Assembly: GCA_963727815.1 (NCBI GenBank)
Contig: CAVSGV010000006.1
Coordinates: 170,956-234,955, forward strand
DNA: 64,000 bases
DNA from: an uncultured bacterium
GTDB taxonomy: Bacteria; Margulisbacteria; WOR-1; CAVSGV01
Direction of reading: 5' to 3'
A model generated the notes under the pieces. That model was not told the origin of the DNA. It did not search any database and was given only the letters and a program-made list of their open reading frames with translations. The position numbers and the translations under genes are program-made. Positions 1-9,329 of this stretch are shown piece after piece; the stretch's first letter is position 1; every line of letters begins with the position of its first letter.

Positions 1-508
1 TGTTGATGAAGTTTATGAGCCTGCATTCCTCCGGGTTCCCGTCCGGTATGCCGTACATGCCCGGATGAAAGACTTGGCCGATGATGTAAACTTTCACCGG
101 TTTCGGCGTCTTTATGAGCACGGTCACGTCCGCATCCGGTGAGTATGGTTTAAGCCCTTTCTTTATGAACGCCTCAAGCGCGCTAGTCGTCATGCCGTCA
201 ACTTTTATCACGCCGACAAGAGGGACATAAATGCGCCCGTCCCTTGATACCGTAACCGAATGGGTGTCTTCCGGCGAAGTGGTCACTATGGTGCCCGTGG
301 GGGTCGTGATCTCGGGATTAACGATGAGGATGTCCGGGTTGTCTTTTGTCCACGCGTGTATCTCAAGGGTGTCGCCCGGTCCTATAATGTAAGCGTTCTG
401 GCTGACGTCGGCCGAATAAATAAATGAAAAATGAAAAGTGAAAAATGAAAAGATACAAGTTAAAATTAAAAGTTTTTGAATTTTAAACTGTAATTTTGAA
501 TTTATCAT
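1..508 (-). CDS. polysaccharide export protein, Wza-like (partial; C-terminus lies beyond window start)
   Basis: Reverse-strand translation from ATG at 508 gives MINSKLQFKIKQLLILTCIFSFFTFHFSFIYSADVSQNAYIIGPGDTLEIHAW...VYIIGQVFHPGMYGIPDG. It has a signal peptide and polysaccharide-export / SLBB-like motifs. It is absent from the ORF track because it is truncated by the window edge. Confidence 0.6.
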   Translation of the reverse strand, partial: MINSKLQFKIQKLLILTCIFSFFTFHFSFIYSADVSQNAYIIGPGDTLEIHAWTKDNPDILIVNPEITTPTGTIVTTSPEDTHSVTVSRDGRIYVPLVGVIKVDGMTTSALEAFIKKGLKPYSPDADVTVLIKTPKPVKVYIIGQVFHPGMYGIPDGNPEECRLINFIN

Positions 509-528
509 TTTATCTTTTGAATTTCTGG

Positions 529-1272
529 TCATTTAACGAGCTCCGAGGCGAATACGAATTTGATGCCGCGTTTCGAATATTCGGGCATCAGCTTTTTCAG
601 GACAGTTATGGTCGCCGGCCTTGTCGCGTGTCCTATGCCTATCGCGCTGCCGTTGTGTCTGGCCATTGCGATGAGCGCTCTGAACTTTTGTTCAACGTAT
701 GTCCCTCCGGCAACCCCGTCCAGGAACATGTTGTTCTCGCTCGACGGTATGCCGAAACTTTTCGCTTCCTTCAGCGCGACAGAGCGTTCCGTCGTCCTGC
801 TGTCGATGAAGTAAAGCTTCTTCCCTTTAATGGACTCGAATATGTCCTTCATGACCCTCTCATCCGCCGTTGCCCTGGATCCCATGTGGTTGTTCATGCC
901 CACCGCGCACTTCACGCTTGCAAGATCATCTTGAACCGTCTTCTTTATGTCATCGTCGCTCTCAGATACTGTTACCATGCCGGTGTTCTTTCTTGTGTAA
1001 CTGCTGTTTACCGATTCCATGGGCAGGTGCAGTATGACTTCCAGGCCCTTTCCCATGCTCTCTTTCGCGACGTCAGCCGAAGTCCCCATATCGGGAATGA
1101 CCGCGATGGTCAATTTTTCCTTTATGGAATAAATGCTGCCATAGTCCGGAGCCTTGCCCCCGGCGTCATCCAGGATTATCGCCACCCTTGCCGTGGGCAG
1201 AGCCGTTTCCGCGGGCCTCTGTTCCGTTCTCTGCGGCGGCTTCTGCGCCGCTTTTTGCTCCGGCTTTTTCAA
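529..1272 (-). CDS. divergent polysaccharide deacetylase family protein (YibQ-like)
   Basis: 247-aa ORF with an N-terminal basic/Pro-rich segment followed by a divergent polysaccharide deacetylase-like domain (AIILDDAGG...GMNNHMGSRATAD). Confidence 0.65.
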   Translation of the reverse strand: MKKPEQKAAQKPPQRTEQRPAETALPTARVAIILDDAGGKAPDYGSIYSIKEKLTIAVIPDMGTSADVAKESMGKGLEVILHLPMESVNSSYTRKNTGMVTVSESDDDIKKTVQDDLASVKCAVGMNNHMGSRATADERVMKDIFESIKGKKLYFIDSRTTERSVALKEAKSFGIPSSENNMFLDGVAGGTYVEQKFRALIAMARHNGSAIGIGHATRPATITVLKKLMPEYSKRGIKFVFASELVK

Positions 1273-1474
1273 GGGCGCCGGCGCATGCGCGTTGCGCTTG
1301 ATCTCGATCTTCCCGACGACCGCTTCTTTTTTCGGACGCTCTTCAACGCTCCTGAACTTGCATATTGAATAGATGATGTCGATAAAAAATACAAAGAACA
1401 GGATCAGGACAACTGCCAGGCCGATATTATATTTTAGCCTGTTGTTCTCCCGAAGGCTCTTCCAGTCTATCTTA

Positions 1475-2716
1475 TCAAAGCGAATTCGCGCTCACCTTTC
1501 TCGCTTTTTTCAGTTTCTTGAGCTCCAGGAGGCCTTCCTGCCCGCTTATCACCTGAAGAGCTTTCTTCAGCTGGATGTCGATCATGGGATCCGGCTTGTC
1601 CGACTCCATCGCCGCTTCAGCTTCGGCCGTCGGCACTTCAACGACGTAATCCGGCTCTATGCCCTTCTTCGTGATGTCGGTCCCGTTCGGCGTAAGATAT
1701 TTCGCGATGGTCAGGAGCACCGCGGACCCGTCCTCCAGCTGCTTTACGTTCTGCACAGATGCCTTGCCAAAGGACCTGTTCCCCACGAGCTGCGCTATCT
1801 TGTTGTCGTGCAGGGCTCCGGCAAGTATCTCGGAAGCCGAGGCGCTCGACTCGTTGATGAGCATCACGATGGGCCCGGTCCAGATCTGGTTGCCCGTGCT
1901 GCTGATGGTCTCTTTCTTCCCGTCGCGGTCAACGGTGTAAACTATGACGCCATCCTTCATGAACATGCTGCCTATCTCTATGGCGTTCTGAAGAAGGCCG
2001 CCGCCGTTGTTCCGGACGTCGAGAATTATGCCGCTGACGTTCTTCGATTTCATATTATCAAGCGCTTTCGCCATTTCATCGGAAGCGTTCTCGTTCTCAA
2101 ATGTGTTAAGCTTTATGTAGCCGACGTTCCCATTGAGTATGGCCGTTTCAACGCTCTGGATGACGATCTTTTCGCGATCGATATCATATTCTTTTGGTTC
2201 CTTCTCGTTCCCCCTGATGATGCCCAGCGCCACGGACGAACCTCTCGGGCCCCGAATGATGCTTACCGCTTCGTCAAGAGCCATGTCCTTCGTGGGTTTC
2301 CCGTCGATGGACATGATCTTGTCTTTGGGTTTCAGTCCGGCCTTCCATGCCGGCGTATCCTTTATCGGAGATATGACGATGATCTGCTTGTCCTTCATGC
2401 CGATGTATATTCCGATGCCCGAATACGAGCCGGAAAGCCTTATCTTCATTTCCTTATATGACGTCGGCTCCAGGAACCTGGTATATGGATCGTCGAGCGA
2501 GTCAAGAAGACCTCTTATGGATCCATACATCAGCTTCGTGTTGTCCAGGTTCTTTTCCACGTAATCGTTCTTTACCGCGTCCAGCACCTGGAGATAAATG
2601 TTCAGTTTGGATTCAAGGTCGTCCGCGGACTTCGCCCTGTGTGCATCACCCGCCACAAAAAGCGACAACACCACTACTATCAATACTCCGATAACAACTA
2701 TCTTTTTCCTGGTCAT
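1475..2716 (-). CDS. ctpA: carboxy-terminal processing peptidase, S41 family (CtpA/Prc)
   Basis: 413 aa with an N-terminal TM, a PDZ domain and an S41 catalytic region (GIILDVRNNGGG...SASASEI). Confidence 0.85.
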   Translation of the reverse strand: MTRKKIVVIGVLIVVVLSLFVAGDAHRAKSADDLESKLNIYLQVLDAVKNDYVEKNLDNTKLMYGSIRGLLDSLDDPYTRFLEPTSYKEMKIRLSGSYSGIGIYIGMKDKQIIVISPIKDTPAWKAGLKPKDKIMSIDGKPTKDMALDEAVSIIRGPRGSSVALGIIRGNEKEPKEYDIDREKIVIQSVETAILNGNVGYIKLNTFENENASDEMAKALDNMKSKNVSGIILDVRNNGGGLLQNAIEIGSMFMKDGVIVYTVDRDGKKETISSTGNQIWTGPIVMLINESSASASEILAGALHDNKIAQLVGNRSFGKASVQNVKQLEDGSAVLLTIAKYLTPNGTDITKKGIEPDYVVEVPTAEAEAAMESDKPDPMIDIQLKKALQVISGQEGLLELKKLKKARKVSANSL

Positions 2717-2742
2717 TTTTCTTCTCTCCTTCTATTGTTTTT

Positions 2743-3867
2743 TTATTGTCTCAGGAACGGGATCGGGTCCACCGGCTTTCCATTGATCCTTATCTCAAAA
2801 TGCAGATGCGGCCCCGTGGAGAACCCCGTGCTCCCGACAAGACCTATCACCTGCAGTTTATCGATCTTCTGGCCGGCCTGAACATATATCCTGGACATAT
2901 GGCCGTAGACCGTAGTATACCCTCTGCCGTGGTCAATGACCACCGCTTTTCCGTATCCGTCCCACCATCCGCTGAATATCACTTCGCCGGCGTCGGAAGC
3001 GCCTATGGGCGTCCCGTACGGCGCGGCAATGTCCTGACCGGTGTGAAGGCTTATCGTTCCCCATAAAGGATGTCTTCTGTAGCCGAAGGGCGAGGTCAAT
3101 CTGCCTCTTAACGGCCAGCTGAACCTGCCGGAACTGACGGTCCTGGACGGCGCGCGCGCTTTTATGAATTTTTCGAATTCATAACTGCTCGCTTCAAGCT
3201 GTCTGACCTTTTTCTCGTATTCCCGGCTTCTGACTTTCAGCGACTGATAAACCCTTTCTTTCTCCGCTCCGGTCTGGGCTATCTGCCGCTTTTCGCTTTC
3301 AATGACCCTTACAGAGTCCTTTATCTCCACGTTCGCGCTCTCAAGCTCACTCCTGGACCGCTTGATGGTCTCCACCTGCTGGCGTATGTCGCCTATAAGC
3401 GCCACGTCCCGCCCGATGATGCGCCCGAAGTAATAGGACCTGTTTATGAAATCGGACATGGACCTGGACAGGAAGAGTATGTCAAGCAGGCCGCCGCTTC
3501 CGCTCTTGTATATCTCACGGATGCGGAGCTTCAGTTCCTCGCTCTTTGACTTGACCTTGTCCTGGGCATCCGAAAGGTCGCTCTTCAGGTCGACGATCCT
3601 CTTCTTATTGAAATCGACCCTGGTCTTCGCCTCGCTCAGGCTGTGCTGGGCCCGCATTAGATCTCTTCTTATCACGTAAAGGCTGCTCAGCGCTTTCTGC
3701 TCCTGCGCGCGCGTCAGCTTCAGTTTTTGTTTTTGATCCGCTATTTCCGATTGTATCTTTTGGAGCCGATTGTCTTCATTGCTCTGGTCCTGGGCGAACG
3801 AAGCGCAATGCGGGACAATGAAAAGCAGGATCACAACATAAAAAGTAATTTTTTTCACATGAAACAA
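2743..3867 (-). CDS. M23 family metallopeptidase with N-terminal coiled coil (EnvC-like murein hydrolase activator)
   Basis: Signal peptide, a long coiled-coil region and a C-terminal M23 domain (HTGQDIAAPYGTPI...GSTGFSTGPHLHFE). Confidence 0.8.
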   Translation of the reverse strand: MFHVKKITFYVVILLFIVPHCASFAQDQSNEDNRLQKIQSEIADQKQKLKLTRAQEQKALSSLYVIRRDLMRAQHSLSEAKTRVDFNKKRIVDLKSDLSDAQDKVKSKSEELKLRIREIYKSGSGGLLDILFLSRSMSDFINRSYYFGRIIGRDVALIGDIRQQVETIKRSRSELESANVEIKDSVRVIESEKRQIAQTGAEKERVYQSLKVRSREYEKKVRQLEASSYEFEKFIKARAPSRTVSSGRFSWPLRGRLTSPFGYRRHPLWGTISLHTGQDIAAPYGTPIGASDAGEVIFSGWWDGYGKAVVIDHGRGYTTVYGHMSRIYVQAGQKIDKLQVIGLVGSTGFSTGPHLHFEIRINGKPVDPIPFLRQ

Positions 3868-3933
3868 GGGATAATTATAGCAGATTTCGCATTTCTATTA
3901 AAGATGAGCGAGTGATAATCTGTTCTCGCGGAC

Positions 3934-3974
3934 CAATTTTCGAGTTATTCGAGAATGTTCTACTAATTCGCGAG
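3934..3974. repeat. direct repeat copy 1 (GTTATTCGAGAA...CTAATTCGCGA) upstream of LysM gene
   Basis: The sequence cgagttattcgagaatgttctactaattcgcgagg is repeated at 4716-4748 (cgcgttattcgagataagctaattcgcgataa). It contains the TTCGCGAA and TTCGAGAA half-palindromes. Confidence 0.5.
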
Positions 3975-3977
3975 GTG

Positions 3978-4006
3978 TTGACTTTTTGGCCGCATTATCC
4001 TAGTAT
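3978..4006 (+). promoter_or_regulatory. putative sigma70 promoter of LysM gene (-35 TTGACT, 17-nt spacer, -10 TAGTAT)
   Basis: TTGACT at 3978-3983 and TAGTAT at 4001-4006. An AAAGGAGGG ribosome-binding site precedes the ATG at 4058. Confidence 0.4.
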
Positions 4007-4057
4007 ATCCGTGTTCAGCCTCGTATAGTTCCAGCCACTGCCAAAGGAGGGTTTTAT

Positions 4058-4498
4058 ATGGGAGAACCAACGTCAAGCCTCACACCAGGATCGAATCCAA
4101 GACCAATTGGAAAGCAGACAGAGCGAGCCATAAAAGCTGCAAATACGAGAGGTACTTATATCGTTAAGCAGGGCGACAGCATATGGAACATAGCCAGATC
4201 ACATTTCAAGCTGCCTACCAATGAAAATATACTCGCTGTCTCCATGATCATCGCGGACGTGAACAAGTTAAAAGACCCGAATTTAATACAGCCTGGCCAG
4301 AAACTCATCATACCAAGCTTACGTGATATAGCAGAGTTAAGTTTGGATAAGGCGATGAAATTTGCATTCAAAGATAATATGAGCGATAAACTTTATGCAT
4401 GGAGAACGGTGATCGAGAAATCCGGCATACGTATCGAGGAAACTGGCCAACTGAAAACGCTCCTCGATAATACGGTCAAAAGAATGAGCAACCAGTAA
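4058..4498 (+). CDS. LysM peptidoglycan-binding domain protein
   Basis: LysM motif YIVKQGDSIWNIARSHF...IQPGQKLIIP, preceded by a strong ribosome-binding site. Confidence 0.7.
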   Translation: MGEPTSSLTPGSNPRPIGKQTERAIKAANTRGTYIVKQGDSIWNIARSHFKLPTNENILAVSMIIADVNKLKDPNLIQPGQKLIIPSLRDIAELSLDKAMKFAFKDNMSDKLYAWRTVIEKSGIRIEETGQLKTLLDNTVKRMSNQ

Positions 4499-4539
4499 AT
4501 GCTCTCTCATATAGCGACTGGCCGGGAATAAAAGAAGAG

Positions 4540-4748
4540 GCAAATCGCGAATTCTCGCGAATTTCGCTTTCGCGAATCACTCGAAGGGTCAGGATCGCGA
4601 ATTCACGAATGTCCGCTAATTCACTCGAATACACTCTATATAATATTCTTTCATCGATCCGGATCCGAGATCATTGGAGTACGTTCGAGTTCATTCGAGA
4701 ATTCGAGAGCGGATCGTTCGCGTTATTCGAGATAAGCTAATTCGCGAT
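4540..4748. repeat. cluster of TCGCGAAT / ATTCGAGA short repeats incl. direct repeat copy 2 (4716-4748)
   Basis: Multiple copies of atcgcgaattc, tcgcgaatttc, tcgcgaatcac, ttcgagaattcgagag and ctaattcgcga lie in 210 bp of non-coding sequence. Confidence 0.5.
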
Positions 4749-4832
4749 AATTAGAGTTTGTCTTATAACGGTCATGCTTCCTAAACACCATCCAAAACCA
4801 TAATATTTCCACTATATTTATGATATAATAGC

Positions 4833-5096
4833 TTGATGAATCTGGACATAGTGATAAAACCCCTTAAGGACGGACGCTTCACGCTGTCTTGCCCGAACTT
4901 TCCCGACTGCGAAAGCGAAGGGGCTTCGGTGGAGGAAGCTATGGATCTGATGATCGACAAGATCACAAATATCGTCGCCGGGAACATAAAACAGAACCTG
5001 CGGGAAACTTTCAAGGACATGAAGCAGAAACTCTCGGCATCCGGCCCTATCGACGTGCCGCTGATGATGTCAAAACTTCCCCTGAGCCTGAATTAA
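4833..5096 (+). CDS. HicB-like (UPF0150) antitoxin-domain protein, orphan
   Basis: The N-terminus NLDIVIKPLKDGRFTLSCPNFPDCESEGASVEEAMDLMIDKI matches the HicB/UPF0150 fold signature. No HicA-like partner is adjacent. Confidence 0.5.
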   Translation: MMNLDIVIKPLKDGRFTLSCPNFPDCESEGASVEEAMDLMIDKITNIVAGNIKQNLRETFKDMKQKLSASGPIDVPLMMSKLPLSLN

Positions 5097-5738
5097 GGAG
5101 ACCTTATAAACCGCCAGGGAAGGCGAGTATTTTGCCAAAAAGGGATATTCGGATTCTGAGTAATCTCGCTCATCGAATGATTTCTGAGCACGCGAATATA
5201 TCAATCTTAAATTCCAATTGTTAAAAGTATAATCTTCGCGGTAGCGAGCTTCATGATAACGATCCCAATTATATAAGAGATCCGAATGGTCCGTAATGTA
5301 CACGCCCTGGCCGTTCCGGAAAGAAGAGAACGCTTTGTCCAGCCAGTCCGATCCGTTGACGCAACTATCATTGCCTCCCTGTCTGCAGCCATCACACACT
5401 CCGACAAAAGCTGAGATTCCCACTCCTTCCGCCTTTATCCGCGCCAAAACCGCGTCATTATCCTTGAAAAAAAGATAGGCCTTTTTTCCGCCCACAGTGA
5501 AACAATATATGTCCTTCTCGATCTTTTTGGGATACTTGGCCCCTGGAACGGATTTAACTATAGAACGGCAATAAAAGAATCTTTCTAATATGGTGGGACA
5601 ATGTTTTTCCGCAAATATAAAAACGTCATAATCCATTTTGAATAAACCCTTTTGGTTATTCCCGGAGGATGGATAAAATAACACTTTTTGGTTTGATCCA
5701 ATTATATCAGCCGCAATATTTGAAAAACTTATGCCCAT
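5070..5738 (-). CDS. hypothetical protein (Cys-rich CDGCRQGGNDSC motif)
   Basis: 222-aa ORF in low-GC DNA with no recognisable family. It overlaps the HicB-like gene tail convergently. Confidence 0.45.
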   Translation of the reverse strand: MGISFSNIAADIIGSNQKVLFYPSSGNNQKGLFKMDYDVFIFAEKHCPTILERFFYCRSIVKSVPGAKYPKKIEKDIYCFTVGGKKAYLFFKDNDAVLARIKAEGVGISAFVGVCDGCRQGGNDSCVNGSDWLDKAFSSFRNGQGVYITDHSDLLYNWDRYHEARYREDYTFNNWNLRLIYSRAQKSFDERDYSESEYPFLAKYSPSLAVYKVSLIQAQGKF

Positions 5739-5861
5739 TTATCTGTCTCCTGACCTCGTTCCCTGTATATTTATCGTAAATATAGCAGTATTATTGCAAT
5801 TTTTAATGCTCCCCGGGAACTGGCTTCGCACCCTGTTAGATGATATAATCCATCAATATTT

Positions 5862-7583
5862 ATGGAAAATAAAAACCTGGAAACATTAAGACATTCCGCG
5901 TCGCACGTTATGGCAGAAGCAGTCAAGTCGCTTTATCCCGACGTTAAGCTCGCCATAGGGCCGGCTATTGAGACCGGTTTCTATTACGACTTCGACATGC
6001 CCCACGTCCTGACGCTCGAAGACCTTCCCAAGATCGAAGCAAAAATGAAGGAGATCATCAAGAAGAACGAGAAGTTCGTCAGAAGCGAGATCAACAAACC
6101 CGAAGCGGAAAAGAAACTTCAGGAGGCAGGCGAGCAGTACAAGCTTGAGCTTATGCGCGAGATCCCCGACAACAAGATCAGTTTTTACACGAACGGCGGC
6201 TTCACCGACATGTGCCGCGGCCCTCACGTGAATTCAACGGGTGATATCAAGGCGGTAAAGCTGCTTTCGATAGCCGGCGCATACTGGCGAGGATCGGAAA
6301 AGAACAAGATGCTCCAGAGGATTTACGGCACCGCCTTCGAATCGCAGAAAGAACTCGACGATCACCTGAAGATGCTGGAAGAAGCCGAGAAACGCGATCA
6401 CAGGAAGCTTGGGCCGAAGCTGGATCTTTTCGATATATTCCAGGAAGAGGCAGGCGCCGGGCTTGTTTACTGGTTCCCGAAAGGCGCGGTGCTGAGAGGA
6501 ATAATCGAGAACTTCCTTAAAGAAGAGCACCGCAAGAGAGGCTATGAGACCGTAATGATCCCGCACATCGCGAAGGCGGAACTCTGGCACACCTCCGGCC
6601 ACTGGGATTATTACCGCGAGAACATGTATTCGATGAAGATCGACGAAAAAGATTACGTTCTTAAGCCGATGAACTGCCCTGGGCACATTTTGATATTCAA
6701 GCGGAAGATGAGAAGCTACAGGGAGCTGCCCATCAGATATTTCGAGCTCGGCACTGTTTACCGCCACGAAAAATCGGGCGTGCTTCATGGACTTCTGAGG
6801 GTGCGCGGGTTCACTCAGGATGACGCGCACATATTCTGCAGGCACGATCAGCTTAAAGATGAGATAACCAAGGTACTCGATTTTGTTTTCGACATGATGA
6901 AGGTCTTCGGGTTCGGTTACGAGATCAATCTCTCGACCAGGCCGGATAAATACGTCGGCACGAAAGAGGACTGGGAGCACGCGACGAACGCGCTGATAAA
7001 CGCGCTCAAGGCAAAGAACGAGAAATATGTTATCGATGAAGGCGCGGGAGTTTTCTACGGTCCGAAGATCGATATAAAGCTGAGGGACGCGATAGGACGT
7101 CTCTGGCAGGGGCCGACGATACAGGTGGATTTCAACAACCCCGAGAGGTTCGACCTCAAATACATTGGCGAGGACAGCAAGGAGCACAGGCCGGCCATGA
7201 TACACAGGGTGGTCCTGGGAAGCGTCGAGAGGTTCATCGGCGTGCTGACGGAACACTACGCGGGAGCTTTCCCGCTCTGGCTTGCGCCGGTGCAGGTACA
7301 GATACTTCCGATAGCCGACAGGCACAACGAATACGCGATGAAGATAAAGGACGAGCTCTTCAACGCGGGGATAAGGTGCGAGATCGACGACAGGCGCGAA
7401 AAGATAGGAGCGAAGATACGCGAGGCGGAGATGATGAAGACGCCTTACATGCTCGTGATGGGCGACAAGGACATTGAAGCGCAGACGGTATCCGTAAGGG
7501 CCAGAGGCAAGGGTGATCTGGGAGCAAAAAAGCTTTCTGAGCTTATTTCCCAGCTTAATGAAGAAATAGCTGGCAAAAAATAA
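5862..7583 (+). CDS. thrS: threonine--tRNA ligase (short form without N-terminal TGS/editing extension)
   Basis: 573 aa with class II aaRS motifs, a second-site tRNA domain (HSASHVMAEA) and an anticodon-binding C-terminus. Confidence 0.95.
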   Translation: MENKNLETLRHSASHVMAEAVKSLYPDVKLAIGPAIETGFYYDFDMPHVLTLEDLPKIEAKMKEIIKKNEKFVRSEINKPEAEKKLQEAGEQYKLELMREIPDNKISFYTNGGFTDMCRGPHVNSTGDIKAVKLLSIAGAYWRGSEKNKMLQRIYGTAFESQKELDDHLKMLEEAEKRDHRKLGPKLDLFDIFQEEAGAGLVYWFPKGAVLRGIIENFLKEEHRKRGYETVMIPHIAKAELWHTSGHWDYYRENMYSMKIDEKDYVLKPMNCPGHILIFKRKMRSYRELPIRYFELGTVYRHEKSGVLHGLLRVRGFTQDDAHIFCRHDQLKDEITKVLDFVFDMMKVFGFGYEINLSTRPDKYVGTKEDWEHATNALINALKAKNEKYVIDEGAGVFYGPKIDIKLRDAIGRLWQGPTIQVDFNNPERFDLKYIGEDSKEHRPAMIHRVVLGSVERFIGVLTEHYAGAFPLWLAPVQVQILPIADRHNEYAMKIKDELFNAGIRCEIDDRREKIGAKIREAEMMKTPYMLVMGDKDIEAQTVSVRARGKGDLGAKKLSELISQLNEEIAGKK

Positions 7584-7666
7584 CGATCCATAATATAATA
7601 CATGGCCTAGAGTTTGGGATTTGAGATTTTGGATTTGGGATTTTATCATAAGGGGGCCTGGTAAGG

Positions 7667-8176
7667 ATAAAAAATTACATCATAAACGAGAGGATCCGTC
7701 CCGGGGATATTAGGGTTATTGATGTAGATGGAAAACAGCTTGGTATCATGAGCCGCGACCAGGCATTAAGTTTAGCTAGAGAGAACGGATACGACCTGGT
7801 CCTTATAGCGGCGGATGAAAAGGCCACAGTTTGCAAGATAGCGGATTTCGGCAAGATGAAGTATGAGATGCTCAAGCAGGAGAAGGAAGCCCGCAAGAAG
7901 CAGAAAGCCACGACCCTGAAAGAGCTGAAGCTTTCATCAAAGATTGGCGACCACGACTACAACGTGGTCCTGAACAAATCGGTAGATTTCCTTAAAAAAG
8001 GGCACAAGGTAAAGATATCCCTGCGCTTCAAAGGCAGGGAGGTAACGCACCCGGAGCTGGGCATGAAGGTGCTCCAGAGGCTCATAAATGACGTTGCAGC
8101 GTACGGGGTGCCGGAATTCAGGCCGAAGCTCGAAGGAAAGATATATTTCATGCTGCTCATGCCGAAGAGCGCTTAA
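7667..8176 (+). CDS. infC: translation initiation factor IF-3 (non-AUG start, ATA/ATT)
   Basis: The conserved N-terminus INERIRPGDIRVIDVDGKQLGIM lies upstream of the first ATG at 7748. The frame is open back to the stop at 7649, and ATA at 7667 is a plausible unusual infC start. Confidence 0.8.
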   Translation: MKNYIINERIRPGDIRVIDVDGKQLGIMSRDQALSLARENGYDLVLIAADEKATVCKIADFGKMKYEMLKQEKEARKKQKATTLKELKLSSKIGDHDYNVVLNKSVDFLKKGHKVKISLRFKGREVTHPELGMKVLQRLINDVAAYGVPEFRPKLEGKIYFMLLMPKSA

Positions 8177-8192
8177 TTAAAGAGAGGTATTT

Positions 8193-8399
8193 ATGCCAAA
8201 GATCAAAACAAGGAAAGCGGCCGCAAAGAGGTTCAAGATAACCAAGAGCGGAAGGATATTCAGGTATAAGGCGGGCAAGAAGCACATTCTTGAGCACAAG
8301 CCCAGGTCAAAGAAAAGAAAAATGAACAATATGGTAGAGGTCTCCTATACGGACAGGAACAGGATACGGCTCATGATCGGAGGAATTAAAAATGGTTAG
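8193..8399 (+). CDS. rpmI: 50S ribosomal protein L35
   Basis: [21 protein letters not shown]... in a typical infC-rpmI-rplT operon. Confidence 0.85.
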   Translation: MPKIKTRKAAAKRFKITKSGRIFRYKAGKKHILEHKPRSKKRKMNNMVEVSYTDRNRIRLMIGGIKNG

Positions 8400-8748
8400 G
8401 GTAAAAAGGGGCAACGTAGCCCGCAACAGAAGGAAAAAACTTTTAAAAAGAGCAAAAGGTTTCAGGGGTTCGCTCCGCCGCCTTTTCAGGCCCGCGCACC
8501 AGGCGGTAATACGCGCCATGGACTACGCCACGAAGCAGAGAAGGAAGAAGAAAGGCGATTTCAGGGCGATATGGATAGGAAGGATAAATGCCGGCGTGAG
8601 GCAGTACGGCCTTACCTACGGCCAGTTGATCCACGGCCTAAATAAAGCCAACATAAAGATAGACAGGAAGATACTCGCCGACCTCGCCGTGAACGACAAG
8701 TCAGCTTTCAAGAAGATCGTCCAAAAGGCAAAAGAGTCGCTTAAATGA
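8392..8748 (+). CDS. rplT: 50S ribosomal protein L20
   Basis: [27 protein letters not shown]... Confidence 0.95.
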   Translation: MVRVKRGNVARNRRKKLLKRAKGFRGSLRRLFRPAHQAVIRAMDYATKQRRKKKGDFRAIWIGRINAGVRQYGLTYGQLIHGLNKANIKIDRKILADLAVNDKSAFKKIVQKAKESLK

Positions 8749-9236
8749 TACAAATGGAAGTGGGCGGTCTCGGTTTCGACCCCCGCAATCTATCTCCGCT
8801 GGTCCTGCTGAGGGACATCGATGAAATGAACTTCCTCCCCATCTGGATAGGCATTTTCGAAGCGGCGTCCATCGCGATGGAGCTGCAGGGCATGCACCCT
8901 CCCCGTCCTATGACCCACGACCTTATCAAATCCGTCATCGACAAGTTCGACGCGAAAGTCCAGAGGATAGTGATAAACGACGTAAAGGACGGCACTTTCT
9001 TCGCGGTCATCGAGGTCGTGAAGGAGAACGGCGAAAAGATATCGATAAACTCCCGGCCATCCGACGCCATCGCGCTTGCAATAAGATGCCAGTCGCCTAT
9101 CTTCGTTTCGGAGGTCGTGATGATGCAGGCGAAGCTGGTCAATGCCGAAAAGGACGCCGAGGAAACAAAGAAGTTCAAGGAATTCGTCAGCAACCTTAAA
9201 CCCGAAGATTTTACGAAGTACTACAAAAAAGATTGA
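8745..9236 (+). CDS. bifunctional nuclease (DUF151) family protein
   Basis: [19 protein letters not shown] signature of the DUF151 nuclease family. Confidence 0.65.
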   Translation: MIQMEVGGLGFDPRNLSPLVLLRDIDEMNFLPIWIGIFEAASIAMELQGMHPPRPMTHDLIKSVIDKFDAKVQRIVINDVKDGTFFAVIEVVKENGEKISINSRPSDAIALAIRCQSPIFVSEVVMMQAKLVNAEKDAEETKKFKEFVSNLKPEDFTKYYKKD

Positions 9237-9244
9237 TTTTTACT

Positions 9245-9319
9245 GAAGCCTGCGACTAAACGTCGCGGCTTCCCCTAAATAAAAAATTGGAAACCGCGAC
9301 GATACTGTCGCAGGTTTCC
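9245..9319. repeat. REP doublet (REPIN-like): two inverted REP hairpins 9245-9273 and 9289-9319
   Basis: gaagcctgcgactaaacgtcgcggcttcc and ggaaaccgcgacgatactgtcgcaggtttcc are mutually inverted. The same two sequences flank the IS200-like tnpA at 32288-32752. Here they lie between convergent genes. Confidence 0.7.
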
Positions 9320-9329
9320 AAAGCTACAA

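Noticed and set aside
4781-5020. 79-aa minus-strand ORF as the missing HicA toxin
   Set aside because: It has no HicA-like dsRBD motif and it overlaps the HicB-like gene on the opposite strand.
6234-7649. 471-aa ORF antisense to thrS
   Set aside because: It is a shadow ORF inside a strongly supported gene, with Arg/Leu/Pro-rich low-complexity translation.
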